Position numbers and translations under genes: made by a program. From Cyanophora paradoxa CCMP329 (taxonomy: Eukaryota > Plantae > Glaucophyta): a DNA stretch of 64,000 bases. Positions 39,575 through 52,500 of this stretch are shown here, piece after piece. Numbering within the stretch: position 1 is the first letter of the stretch; every line of letters begins with the position of its first letter. The stretch lies in contig QPMI01000233.1 of assembly GCA_004431415.1 (NCBI GenBank), forward strand, positions 99,214 through 163,213, written 5' to 3'. Under the pieces are notes generated by a model. That model did no database searches. It was given only the letters and a program-made list of their open reading frames with translations, and had not been told where the DNA came from.

Positions 39575-40138
39575 GCTTGCTCGCCCCCCGCGCGGCGGGG
39601 GCGCCGCCCCTTGCAATTGTATCCTTCGAGATTCGTGCTTGAGCTTCGGCACCCGGCCCCCTCTCGCCGTCTTTTGGCTGGACCGGAACGAGTGCCTGTA
39701 GAACGATCAGATCTAGGGTAGATGTATCTATAAAGTGCGATGCAGCTGTGCAAACCCTCAACCGGTCATTGACCATGGCGCCGGCTCGGTGGGTGCCACG
39801 GTGTGGGCAACGCGGGGCGAGGGCGGATCGGAGAGATGGGGGCCTAGGACCCTCGAGCTCAGCTGCAGATCCCGGGCAAAGGGAGTCCTAGGCCCAGCTG
39901 AGCAATTGCAAGGACCTGCGCATGCGAGGATGGCACTCCGAACAGCAACGCGTCAATTTTACAAAACTACCGACAGCTGCCTGGCCAGCCAAGGCAAAGA
40001 GGAAGGACGGGGGGTGTGAGGAAGGGCAAGGGGCAGGTGCAGCAGGGACAGGGGCGGGAGCTTGAGCCGGGTTTTGGGGGAGCGCAGGCGCGACGAGCAC
40101 AGGGTGGCCCCTAGCGCGCGCGTGGAGGAGTGACAGCA

Positions 40139-41224
<1,086 letters not shown>

Positions 41225-41325
41225 GGCGTCTGTGCGAGCACCTTCTGCTCTGAGGGGGGGCGAGAAGGGGGGGACCACAAATCGTCCGGCCCCCCTTCGT
41301 GGCTGGAGCTCTTCTTTTGAAGCGC

Positions 41326-42599
41326 ATGGGCGATCGCGGAGGGCGCGGAAGGGTCCGAGGAGGAGGCGGTGTCAAGCGACCGCGCGCAAGTGGTCCCGGC
41401 GAGGGTCCGAGCGGGCTGGCGGCGCAGGGCCCGAAGGACGAGGGCCTGCGGTCCGCCTTCGCCGCGTACGGGCGGACGCTCGACGAGCACGTGCGTCGCA
41501 GCGCCGCGACGCGCGCCCGTCTCGCTGTGTGAGCCTGTGTCAACCTTATCGGCAGTACGATCGGCGAGAGCGAATCATCAAGGCGAGCAGAGACATAACG
41601 GCGGAGTCGAAGAAGGCCATCTTCCTCCTACATCGCGAGGGCGCCACTGCCGGGTCCGAGCAAGCGCTGCGGGCGGTCGCAGCTCAGATCGCCGACCGCG
41701 TCGCGTCCGAGTGCGTACGCGCGGGGCTGTGAGATGCGGCGGCCGCTGAGCGATGATTGATTGCAGGCTGCGCGGCAACCACTACTGGCGCTACGCCCGC
41801 CAGTTCAGCCCAGGGCTCCAGGAATTCCTCGAGGCGTCCCTCTTCTTTGTCTACCTGCGGGACGGCCGCCTCGCGACTCTGGAGGAGCTCAACGAGAAGC
41901 TCGCCTCCGTGCAGAGCGAGCTCGCCGAGACGCGGAGGCGGGAACGGGAGCAGGCGGCGATGGAGGGCGACGCCAGCGCGCCGGTGCGCGGCGCCCGGCG
42001 CCTTTGGGGGCGCTGCGCTGAATCGTACCGCAGGGAGCGGCGCCGGGGCCCCCGGAGGACGACGTACCCCCCTTCCGAGTCGAGATCAGCGACTACCTGC
42101 TGGGCGTCGGCGACCTGACGGGAGAAGTGAGTGGTACCCCGTCCTTCGCGGCTCCAGTACCCCTGACCGGCGATCCTCGCCCGCAGCTGATGAGGCGAGC
42201 CGTGAACGCCGTCGGAATGGGCGACCAGGAGACTCCCTTTGTGGTCCGCGACTTCATGCGATCCGTCTCCGAGGGTACGAGATTTTCCAAGCGAAGCTAA
42301 GCTAGCTAGCTAGCTAAGTGTGGCTTCAGGCTTGAAGATGATGGGGGCGGGGGCCTGGCGAGACAAGTACGCCTCCGACAAGATGGAGGCCCTGAGCCAG
42401 AGCCTCGAGAAGGTCGAGCGGAGTGCGCGTACCCCTCCCTCGCTCCCTCACTCCCCCCGGATGACGACGTACCCCAGCGTGCTACGGGATCCACGTGCGG
42501 GGATCGGAGTACCCCAAGGAGATGCTCGCGGCGATGCTGGAGGGGGGGGGAGGGGGGGAACGGGGCGGGGGGGAGGAGACGGGGGCCGGGGCCGAGTAG
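41326..42599 (+). CDS. TSNAX: Translin-associated factor X (TRAX)
   Basis: [77 protein letters not shown]. Confidence 0.92.
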
Positions 42600-43353
42600 C
42601 CTGTGGGCCTGCGGCTCCGGGTCCCCCTCAAGAGGCGGGCGAAGGGGGCGAACGCGAACGGCTTCGTCGCCCGAGCCGCTCCACTGCGTTTCCGCCCCGG
42701 CGGCCCCGGGTTCTGTGGGCGGCGGCACTGCCTCCCGCTCCTCCCGGCAAGGTTCTGTGTCGCCCGAGCCGCTCGGCTGCGTTTCCGAAGACCCCCCGAT
42801 CCGCCTCGGCCGCCCCCAGGCAGCCTGGGGTTCCGGGGGCGCCGGCAATCCTCCCTCTCCCTTACCCCCTCCCTTCCCCCTCCCCCTCTCCCCCTCCCCT
42901 CTTCGAATTCCCGGTCTAGGCCGCCGGCCTCCGGCCGCCCCGCCCCCGCCCCCGCCCCCCTCGTCTTCGAGCCTCTCGCCGGCTGCGACCGTGGGTCTTA
43001 AGCTTCCCGCCCCCGGCCCCCGGGCCCCTCGAGCGTCGGCCACAGTGGTGCCCCGCCTCCCGGAGTCCGCCCCATCCCGGAGGCTGAGGGGTGTATACGT
43101 CAAACGATATCAAACGATATCTCCGAATTCAACGCATTCAAATTCCGTGCTCGTTCTGTTCAAACTATATATAGACCTGTAAGCTCCTAGCCATACACTG
43201 GCCTGACTAGCCCCTAGCTCGACTGAACCGAACCTGGGCCTGGCCTGCTCGAGCTCTGCTCTGCTGCCTGCTACCCCAAGCTGTCCTGTCCTGTCTCGAT
43301 CTACCTTGATCATCTCTAGATCTTCTGTCACTGTAGTAGCTCTAGATCTGCGC

Positions 43354-44785
43354 CTACAGCCCCGGGGTGGGGCACGGGGACGGAGTCGGGTCCGAGGGCC
43401 CCAGGTTCGGCTTGCCCTGGTACCTCGCCGAGTCGTACAGCTTCTTCTGCGGCGGGACTCGAACCCGCGACGGCGACGGGAAGGGGTTCGAATCCGGCCG
43501 CGCACCTTCAGCGCGTCGATCTCTCGTTCGGCGTCTATCCTTTTGTACTCGGGGTACAGCTTATACAGCTCCTCGCAAATCTCTCCGATCTGCGGGGCGA
43601 CGGTTGTCAGGGGCGCAAGAGCCGGGAAGGGGGGGGGGGGGGGGGGGGGGGGGGGGCGAGGGGTTACGCGAACCGTCTTCAGGTCAACCTGAAGCTCTGA
43701 GAACCAGGGCGTGGGGTCTACCTTGACTTGGTGGGCCTGCGTGGCGACTAAGACAGGAAGCGAGAGAGAAAGGCGCAGCGCGGGATTCGATCCGGCGGGC
43801 CTCGTCGCAGCATCCGGCCATGAAGACGGCCGCGAGGGCGATCATGTAGGGGGGGTACAGGAGGCACAGGTCCGTGAGGTACGAATCGTTCACGATGGTC
43901 CTGCGCACGCGGGCCGCCGCCGGCCTCTCAGGGCGGGGAAGGGCAGAGCGGGACGAAGCGGGGCTACAGCTTGAGCGCACCAGGCCATCTTGAAGAGGCC
44001 TCGGACCTCGTTCGGGGCGTTGCCTTCGCTCAGGAGCCTGCGGCGCGCGGTGCGGCGTCGGGAGGCGCGCGGCGGGCGAAGGGCGGGGCTTCTCCCGGCG
44101 CACTGCGTGAGCGGGCGGTACGGGTGGTAGACTATGAGGTAGAAATTCAGCTCCTCCAGTACGAAGAACTCGCATTCCAGCACGTCCGCGACGCCGTAGT
44201 TGAAAGCGGGGTCTGCGAGGCGGGGCGAGGGTCCTCGCTCGGCACGGCGACGCGAGGCTTTCGCGAAGGGAGCGGGGGCGCGGAGCGCACCAACTGTTCT
44301 TACTTTCACGCAGAGAAGCTTCGCCTGCAACGGGCACTCCTCCACCTTCGATGCGACGTACAGGGAGGTCGCCGCTATCAACCGCGGGTCGTAGCTAAGC
44401 AGGCTGTTCCTGCGCGGCGCGGCGATGTTCAGCGGCGCCGGAGGCGGCGGGGCACGAGCGCACTTGATGTAAAAGCGCTTGAAGTACACCATTGCCGTCG
44501 CGATGAGCCTCTGCCGCAGCTTGAGCAGCTTCCCAGCTGCCTGGATTACTGCGCCCAGGTGAGCGAGGCGAAGGCGCGGGCTGAGCGCGCCCTCACGTGT
44601 CGCAAAGTGCATATGTAGCTTGCGGATCTCACTCTCGTGCAGCACATCCCGGTCCCGTGCGTAGGAGAGCCGCACCCGATTCCGGTCCAGCAGCCAGTGA
44701 TTGCTGGGAGGGCTCAGCGGCTAGGCGCCGTGAGCGCAAGCGAGGCCCCTCACCAGTGCGAGGACGGCCAGAAGTTGGCCGCCAT
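43354..44785 (-). CDS. CCNC: Cyclin C
   Basis: MAANFWPSSH; LRQRLIATAMVYFKRFY; LYVASKVEECP; ECEFFVLEELNFYLIVYHPYRPL; IVNDSYLTDLCLLYPPYMIALAA. Confidence 0.95.
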
Positions 44786-45369
44786 TCCTCAGCGCCGACC
44801 TCGTTACGAACTAGACCTGCGAACGAAGTCTTCCCCAGAACCATAATACGTACCCAGGCTAGCTGGCGGCTAGGCTGGACTAGCCAACAACTTGACAACA
44901 AGCCCCAGGCGACGCAGGAGCGGCGCCGGCGGCCCGGCGGCGGGGCCAATATCGATATTGCGGATTCATGCGTTCGCGAAAAGGCCGGTACCGGTCTACC
45001 GGACCGGTCATGGAATTATTTTAGATCAATTTAATTACCGTAAAACACAATATTAATTCGCACGATAGTAGTTCGTTCTTAAAACAAGATCCGTGCTCCT
45101 GCGGAGCACTAAGTACGGCGAAGCCTCGCGGACGCCCTCGCGGCTGTCACAGTAGGCCTATAGCCTATAGGGCACTAGCTGGCCAGCGGCCTGGCCGATC
45201 GCGAACAGCCTTCTGGCTGGAAGCTGGCTGGCTGACGGCCAGTCCAGCTAGGGCTGGCCGGCTAGAGGATCGAATATTAATGTACTGAGGAAATAAAGGG
45301 TGGAGCAGATCTAGATTGAGAGGAGTTTATTTTTATAATATTGTTGGGAAGGAGGCCCGGGAGGGGCGA

Positions 45370-45768
45370 GGTTCTCGCGGCCAGGCGCATGCACAGAGCT
45401 TGCGAATCGCTTAAACAGAATCTCGAATGCATATAGCATCGATGTGCGGGGCTGCGGAGGCGAGGGCGCGCGGAAAGATGTGCAGGCGTGGCCAGGATCG
45501 AATTTTTGCGTCGGCTGGGTTGCCGCGCCCTGTCGCGTCCGCAGAGCTTGCGAAAGGCTTTTAAAAGAGCTTAGATGAATATTGTAGCGATGCGCATGCG
45601 TGAGGATGCGAGGGCGCGCGGAAAGATGTTCAGGCCCTGAGGTCCGTCAAGGATCGAATTTTCGGGGTCGGCTGGGTCCTCGCGGCCCGGCGCATACGCA
45701 AAGCATGCGGAAGGCTTTGCGTACATCCCAAATGCTTATACTATTGTTCCGTGCATGCGCCGCGGCGT
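45370..45768. repeat. ~148-bp diverged tandem repeat, left part (interrupted by the LINE)
   Basis: GGGCGCGCGGAAAG at 45464 and 45612; continues at 57356, 57504 and 57653. Confidence 0.85.
45749..45768. repeat. Left target-site duplication of the LINE
   Basis: CCGTGCATGCGCCGCGGCGT identical to 57336-57355. Confidence 0.92.
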
Positions 45769-46500
45769 TTTTTTTTTTTTTGCAAAAATGGACGTCGCAT
45801 TGATACACCACGGCACATGTATCAATGTTCTACGTGACGTGCCCTTCCGACCGGTCATCTATCTAGCCGAAGATGCTAGCTAGGTGCCGGCCATGGGTCG
45901 CTCAATATGGGAGGTTCGCCTGAGTGGGGGAGCCATGGTTTTCGGTGATAGCCGTAACCAGACCCGCGCGCCCACCCCTTGATCAACTCCTCCATCCCTC
46001 ATGAGCCCTGGAAGTGAAATGTCTCGCAGTCCGCCGCCCGCCCTTGCCGCCGCTCCGTCACCCCGCCTCCTCCTCACTCCGCCACCTCCCTCCTCCTCAC
46101 CTGCGCCCCAGGACCCCGATTAATCGGTGTCCCGTTGTGTCGAGGTGAAGAAGGTGGTAGGAGGAGGATATGAGGAAGGAGAGGGAGTGGGCGGAGGCAG
46201 CGGTAGGGGGTGGGCAGCGGATGCGGGGCAGGGCGGGGAGAGGTGCCGGGACGGCAGAGTGGAGAGAGCGTGGGCATTGACAGGTGGCGCAGAGAGCTGG
46301 GAGTGCGGAGGCGAGGCGGGCCGCGAGGGGTCGGGAGGGGTCGGCCGGAGTAGGGGGTGTGGCCGAAGCCAGGGGGGTGTCCGAGGCCGATAGGGTGGCC
46401 GCGCTGGAGGCGCCGGCGTTGGTGGGGCCAGCACTAGCGTGGGCGCCAGTGCTAGCTGAGTAACTAGCTATAGTGCGGCTATTCAAGCACTCGCGGATTA

Positions 46501-49500
46501 GGGTGGCGACTCCGCAAGGCTGCCCCAAACCTGGATGCCATAGCTACGAAATTCGAGGACATTGAAAACGGCGCCTGGTTGGGCAGATTTTGGAAACGCC
46601 AGTACCGACCCCTTTCCCACTTCACCCCCGCCGTCTGGGACGGGCTAATGGCCATGCCAGAGGACCCCGAACTCGATCGCCTCATCTCGTCCCTGTCCAA
46701 TGGCGCTGGCGGTCCCTCCGGCCTCACGAACGGAATGCTTAAAATGCTCTGGTCCCCCCTCCGCCTCTCCAAGACGGAACGCCAGGCCTTAGCCGCCTCA
46801 CACTCTACAGACGAGATAAACAGCTTCGAGTCCGCCGGGCACTGGACCACCTCGCGCGACGCCATCCGAGCCCTAGTTCAATCCACTCTTCTCGGCCACG
46901 TGCCCGACCACGCACTTCGCGGTCAAGTCTACGCTATCCCGAAACGAGATAATTCAGCAGATCTCGCCGATCTCCGCCCCATCACCCTTCAAGAAGTCAC
47001 CTGGAAGCTGGTCACGGGCCTCCTGACCCACCGCATGGAAGACCGCATTGATACACATAACATTCTACGCGGCCGCAATTATGGTTTCTGTCGCCGCGAA
47101 TCTACCGACCCTGTCCTCTACGCCCTCCGATCCTCCCTCGAGGACGCGCACCAGTTCAAAAAGCCAATCTTTGGCGGCCTGGGGGATATTGCCAGCGCCT
47201 ACGACAGTGTCTCCTGGCATAGCCAAGAGCTCAGCCTTAATCGTATCCAACTCCACCTCCATCCTGAAGGGAAACGATATATAGCCCTCCACAAAAAAGC
47301 AGCTCAACACCGCACGGCGTGCATCCTTACCCCCCACGGCCGCACTGAATATTTTCAAGTCCCCTGTGGCCTCCCCCAAGGAGGCATCGAAGCCCCTCTC
47401 CACTGGCGCATTTTCTTCGACGCCGCTCTCACCGCCATTGAAGAACGAGCGACTCAGTCCAATTTCGGCTACCAGCTCGGGCCGCACCGATCTGATCCGA
47501 CCCGCCCCCGTTCCCCCCGCCCACCATGCCCTGGCGAACCCCTCTACTTCCCCGCCGGTCCCTGCCCCAAAGTCTCTGTGCTCGCATACGCCGATGACAC
47601 CACCATGCTTGCCAGCTCGGCTCAGGGTCTCCAACATATGCTTGACTGGCTGTCCGAATTTCTCCATATCCATGGCATGAACTTGAACGCCAAAAAAACG
47701 GAAATTTTCCACTGGAAACCCCCCCGATCCGAAGAGCCGGTCAAGAGCACATACTATGTTGGAGTTGGCGATTCCAGAGCTGAGGTTGGCCACATCCTCT
47801 CCCCCACAACGCCCTTCCGCGTCCTTGGCGTCCAGTTTACTGCGAACCTGTCCTGGACTCACCAAGTCCGCCTACTCAAATCCCAGCTCCAATCTGCAAT
47901 CTCGATCCTCGCCACAAAAAAGATTACCACTCACGAGTTCCAAGTGATCTTACACCGGGTTCTTTTCCCTAAATTGTCATACCCCCTCCGCATCATGACC
48001 TTAACGCCATCCCAATGCCAGTCCATAGACGCCGTCTGGCTCACCGCGGCCAAACACACTGCCAACCTGGCCCAGTCCGTCTCCACGGCTGCATTCTCTT
48101 CCATCTATCGCCTTCCCTCAATAGCAGTCATCCAACGCCAACAGCAGTGCGTCGACGAGCGCCTCCGCCAGGAACTAGCCTCCCACACATCATCACTCTA
48201 CGGCCAAATATACCGACAACGTGTCCTCGACACCCAGGCCCGATACGGGCTTCCCCTTCTCCCACACGAATATCCGAACCTCCCCTCGGGGCCCCTCACA
48301 CTACAGAAAAATATTACGCTTGCCATCACGGCAGACCTGACCTCCACCTCCCATCACATCCTCACAACGTGCAACTCCTGGACACATGGCCTCCCCTCCC
48401 GCCGGTCCCATCTTCGACGAGAATATATTATATTTTATATCAACGCAATTGTCGCCCCTCACCCTCCAACAAGCCGGTCAGCGACTCTATCGCTGCGGCC
48501 TCCTCACAATCCGTGACATTACGGCCCCTGACGGCTCCCTTGCTGACTGGTCCCTCCTCTGGAGTCACGGCCGTGTCCCGGCATACTACAAACGTGCCCC
48601 CTCCTGGTGGGACGCTGTCCGCGAAGAACTCTCTCTCTCCCACCCTTCCATTCGGTCCCCTTTCCTCCCCCGCTACCCTATGCCCCCGCCGCCCTCTATC
48701 CCAGACATTCGTCGCTCTCTCCAAGCCAATGCCGTCCTTGCGGGACTCAACATTGGTGACTTTGTCTGGACATCCCAAGGCCTTGTCGGCCGCGTCGTTG
48801 GGAAACCCCCTATCCCGGACGAAAACCCGGACGAACTGGCTTCGGAGGACTCCGACGCGGATCCTAACTGCCCCCGAGATTCAGAGTATAACTATGGGGT
48901 GGAACTAGTCCATTACTGCCTCACCCCGTACGATGGATTTTCCACGCGCGACCCCGGTCTATCGGCTCTTGAACTCGACCCCGCCTGGCGTGAACGCAAA
49001 CTGGAATTCCAATTCTGTCCTCACCCAAAGTATTGCGGCTCTGAACAGCTTCATCGCGAGCTGGGCCTCTCCACGACTGCTTGCAGATGGGTCGAGTACG
49101 CATCTCACGTTCGGCGAATCCCGGGGGGCTCCTCGTGCGAATCGAAGGGCTGGTCTCCGAGCCTCTCCCACCTAAATAGGCCGGCTCCCACCCGCTCCCG
49201 GCAACTGCCCGACTCCGCCTCCGCTTTCACATGTTCCCACTCCAGAGGGCAGCAGACCACACGTGCTCAGCCCACACGAGCAGCTAAAAAGGCCCGCCTT
49301 GATCCCTCCTCCGACGCCTCCGCGGCCCAATATGACCTCGAAATTCCCCCTCCCAACCTCCCCCGTGAAATCACACATATTGGTTTCATCGATCTCTGGC
49401 TCCGGGAAACTGCCTGGTGGGACTCTTTCCGCGCGGAGGCCCAGGCCACCAATGTTGCCCTTGAGCGACGCCCACGCCCGATGACCCCTGCCTCACAAGC

Positions 49501-52500
49501 CGACCATGAATTCTATGAATCCTCGGCCGGGCTCGATTTCGTCTTCGCCACCTCTCGAGCTCTCTTTGCCGAGCTCTGCCCGACGCTCTGTGCCCTAAAC
49601 TCCCCGCCCCCTCCCCTCGGCCCTACTCCCCGGGTAATATACACGGACGCCAGCACACAAAAACAGGGCTCTGCCTCTGTCCGAACCACCTACGCCGGCC
49701 TTGCACCTCTCGAAAATAATCCCGACCTACCTGACAAAATCGAGTTCGCCCGCCGCCTCCCTGGCGTCCAGCACAACGTGAACCTGGGAGAGCTAGCAGG
49801 CGCGATCTCCGCAGCATTCACGTACTTCGGGCCCACGGGCGGGAAAATTATCACGGACAGCCAGAACACTATCCGAGCCCTGACAGCCTTCGCCTTTCGA
49901 GACCCTTCATCTTTCTCCCATCCCATCAATTTCCGCACCCTGCTCCGCCGAGAAGACGGGGCCCTTCTCCTCAACGCTCGAACGCAATACGCCATCCGTA
50001 TCGCCCAAGACCCGAATTTCCAAGTCACGCTACAGTGGGTCCCCTCTCACCAACCAAAGACCATTCCGCGGCCAACTCCAACGGCTCAGACCCCAACGGC
50101 GACCCGCCGCCTGGCCCCCTCCTCCCCCCGCCGACCCCGTGTCCCCCTCAGCGGACCAGCTGCCCCCCTACCTACCGCCCCGCAGACATTCCCTGCCTCG
50201 GCTCCCTACCACTATATTGGTGGAATGGACATCCCGGATGCCCGACTGCTTTTTTCGGACGACTCCTCCCTGCCCCTCCCCCCGTCACTATTCTCGTCCC
50301 TCTTCCCGCCTCGCCGGCACACCCGCACATATATTCTAGCTGACAGCCCCGCCGACTACAATTTCCTCCGATGCCAAGCGGACCTCGTTGACTATGTTGA
50401 TGCCTCCGAGACTACCAACACCCACCTGGTCCTTGACCTCGTCCCCCTCGCGTCCGCCCGACTTGAACGCGCCTTCACGGCGGCGGAAACCGTCATCTGG
50501 AACCGCTGCATCCGACTTCCCAAAGATCATACTCTTTTTCTCTCCGACGAACACCTGACCATTGTCTCGGACTGCGACATCCTCCGCGCCTACTCCGCTT
50601 TCCTTGAAGCCTTAGGACGCAGAGACATCACCCACAACATCTCCTTCCAGTGCTGCTCCCCTCCCAACCCAATCTTCCTCCAACCACTCCCCGAGGACGC
50701 CCCTGACGCTGACTACCCTGATCCCGGGCCTACAAGGAAACTCGCCCTCGACTACTACTTGGCCCATCCTAGGGCTTCCGGTTCCACCTGGCATTTCCAC
50801 CAAACTTCCCTCTGCAAACCCGCTGTCCCCGCCGACCGTGACACGCCTCTTCCCGCCTGGTACTGGGACGAGGATCTCACACTCGCCCCCACCCCCCAGA
50901 CTGAGGCTGGCACCCCTCTAATCGCGTACCACCGTTGCGACCCTGGCATGTGGGGCATCCCTATTTCCTCCCTGATCGCAGAACAATGGGCACGGGGACC
51001 CGCCCTGTCCTGCCCGCACTGCCACCCCACCCCCGCTCCGCCTGGCCCCCCACCCACGTTCCCTCTCCGCGACCAAACCGGCGCCCTTCCTGTTTTATTC
51101 GAACGCTATGGACGCCGAGCCATCCCCTACTCAGCTGCCATCGATCCTGACGGCCCCCGGTATGATCGCCGAGTACATCCCCTCCTTGCCGGCATAACAT
51201 CTCGCCTGGCTGCCCTTAAAGCGGCCCCCCTCTCCCTCATCGACCCCAACCCTCGATCTGGGGCCCACCTGGCCACACCCATTCTCCTCGCACAACCCAT
51301 ACCTGCAGAACCCGTCGACGCTTTCTTCAGGCTCCTTCAAAACCGACAAGTCTCCTTCCGCCTGCATGCCCCAACCACCCCCAAGTGCCTCTTTCTCTCG
51401 TCCTCCCAAGCAACCTCGATCCTAATGGGCACAGCCCCCACTGCCCTCTCGCTCAAAGCCCGTGCAGGCCAGCCGCAAATGGACCGACCCTACGTCCCGC
51501 ACCCTTTCTCCCCAACAGAATACGATTATATTCTCCTTCCCCTACCCCCCTCTGGGTCCCGACCCTGGCGACTAGCAATTATCTCGGCCCGCCTCCGCGA
51601 AATCCGCATCCTGGACGTCACCCGCAAACCCACCTCCGACGTCACGGTCCCTCTTAAAGACTGGGTTATCAACTGGTGGACGGCGACTCTCCGCCCCGGC
51701 GACCCCTCCCCACGCTCGGCCTGGAAGTACGACACCAGCACCTTTCCCACACAAGCCTGGAAAAACGTTCACACGGGTGAAGACGCTCTCTTCGTCATGA
51801 CCGCCGCTGAGTTCATTGGCCGTGGTGAGGAAGTCCACCTGTATGGCAAAGGACGGGGCCGCCCCATCCCCTTCCACGCCCCCATTTACCGGGAGCGTTG
51901 GGCGGCCGCTCTCCTTCTCCGGGACCCTGAGGTCCTCCTGGGGACAGTCCAGGCCAACGACCCAGCATTCACAATAAAACGGCAGCGCACGACCCCGCGC
52001 ACCAGCTCCCGCACTTCCCAGCACACGGCAGCCAAAGCCCGCCGTCTAGTCAGACGCAAACGCGACTCCACCCCTCCCCCCTTCCGTCCTCACCCTTCCC
52101 CCCCGCCCCTTACACCGGCACCCCCCCGGTCTCCCACTTCCCCTCCCTCCTCCCCGCAGCCCCCCACCCCCCCCACCCTGCTCTTCCCCACCCCCACGCC
52201 CCCCGGCACCCGAGGTCCGACCAACTGCTTCCCCAGGCCGAACCCCCGCTCACCCGACTGAATTTCCCCTCCCCCGCCCTCTGACGCTGGCGGAGAAAAG
52301 CTGGCTGGGGAATGCCTTCCGGTTTGCAGACAATGATTACTGCGCGGAGCAAACTCTCATGTCGAAACCCCCCCTCCCACCCGCCCCCCGACCCGACCCT
52401 CATCGTCACTCACTTATTCGACGAGGCGACCTTATCCACCTCCGGCCGAATGCCGCCCTCAGCCTCCCCCTCGTGGAAGCCTTTCTTGACCTGCTCTCTT

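Noticed and set aside
42666-42790. Two ~29-nt direct repeats downstream of TRAX
   Set aside because: Only two diverged copies in a presumed 3' UTR; no further structure.
46498-46503. TTAGGG at the inversion junction (and at ~58137) as a telomeric seed
   Set aside because: Isolated single hexamers, expected by chance.
48380-52280. Programmed frameshifting between the LINE ORFs
   Set aside because: Both shifts lie in C-rich runs, and similar breaks occur in host genes; sequencing error or decay is simpler.
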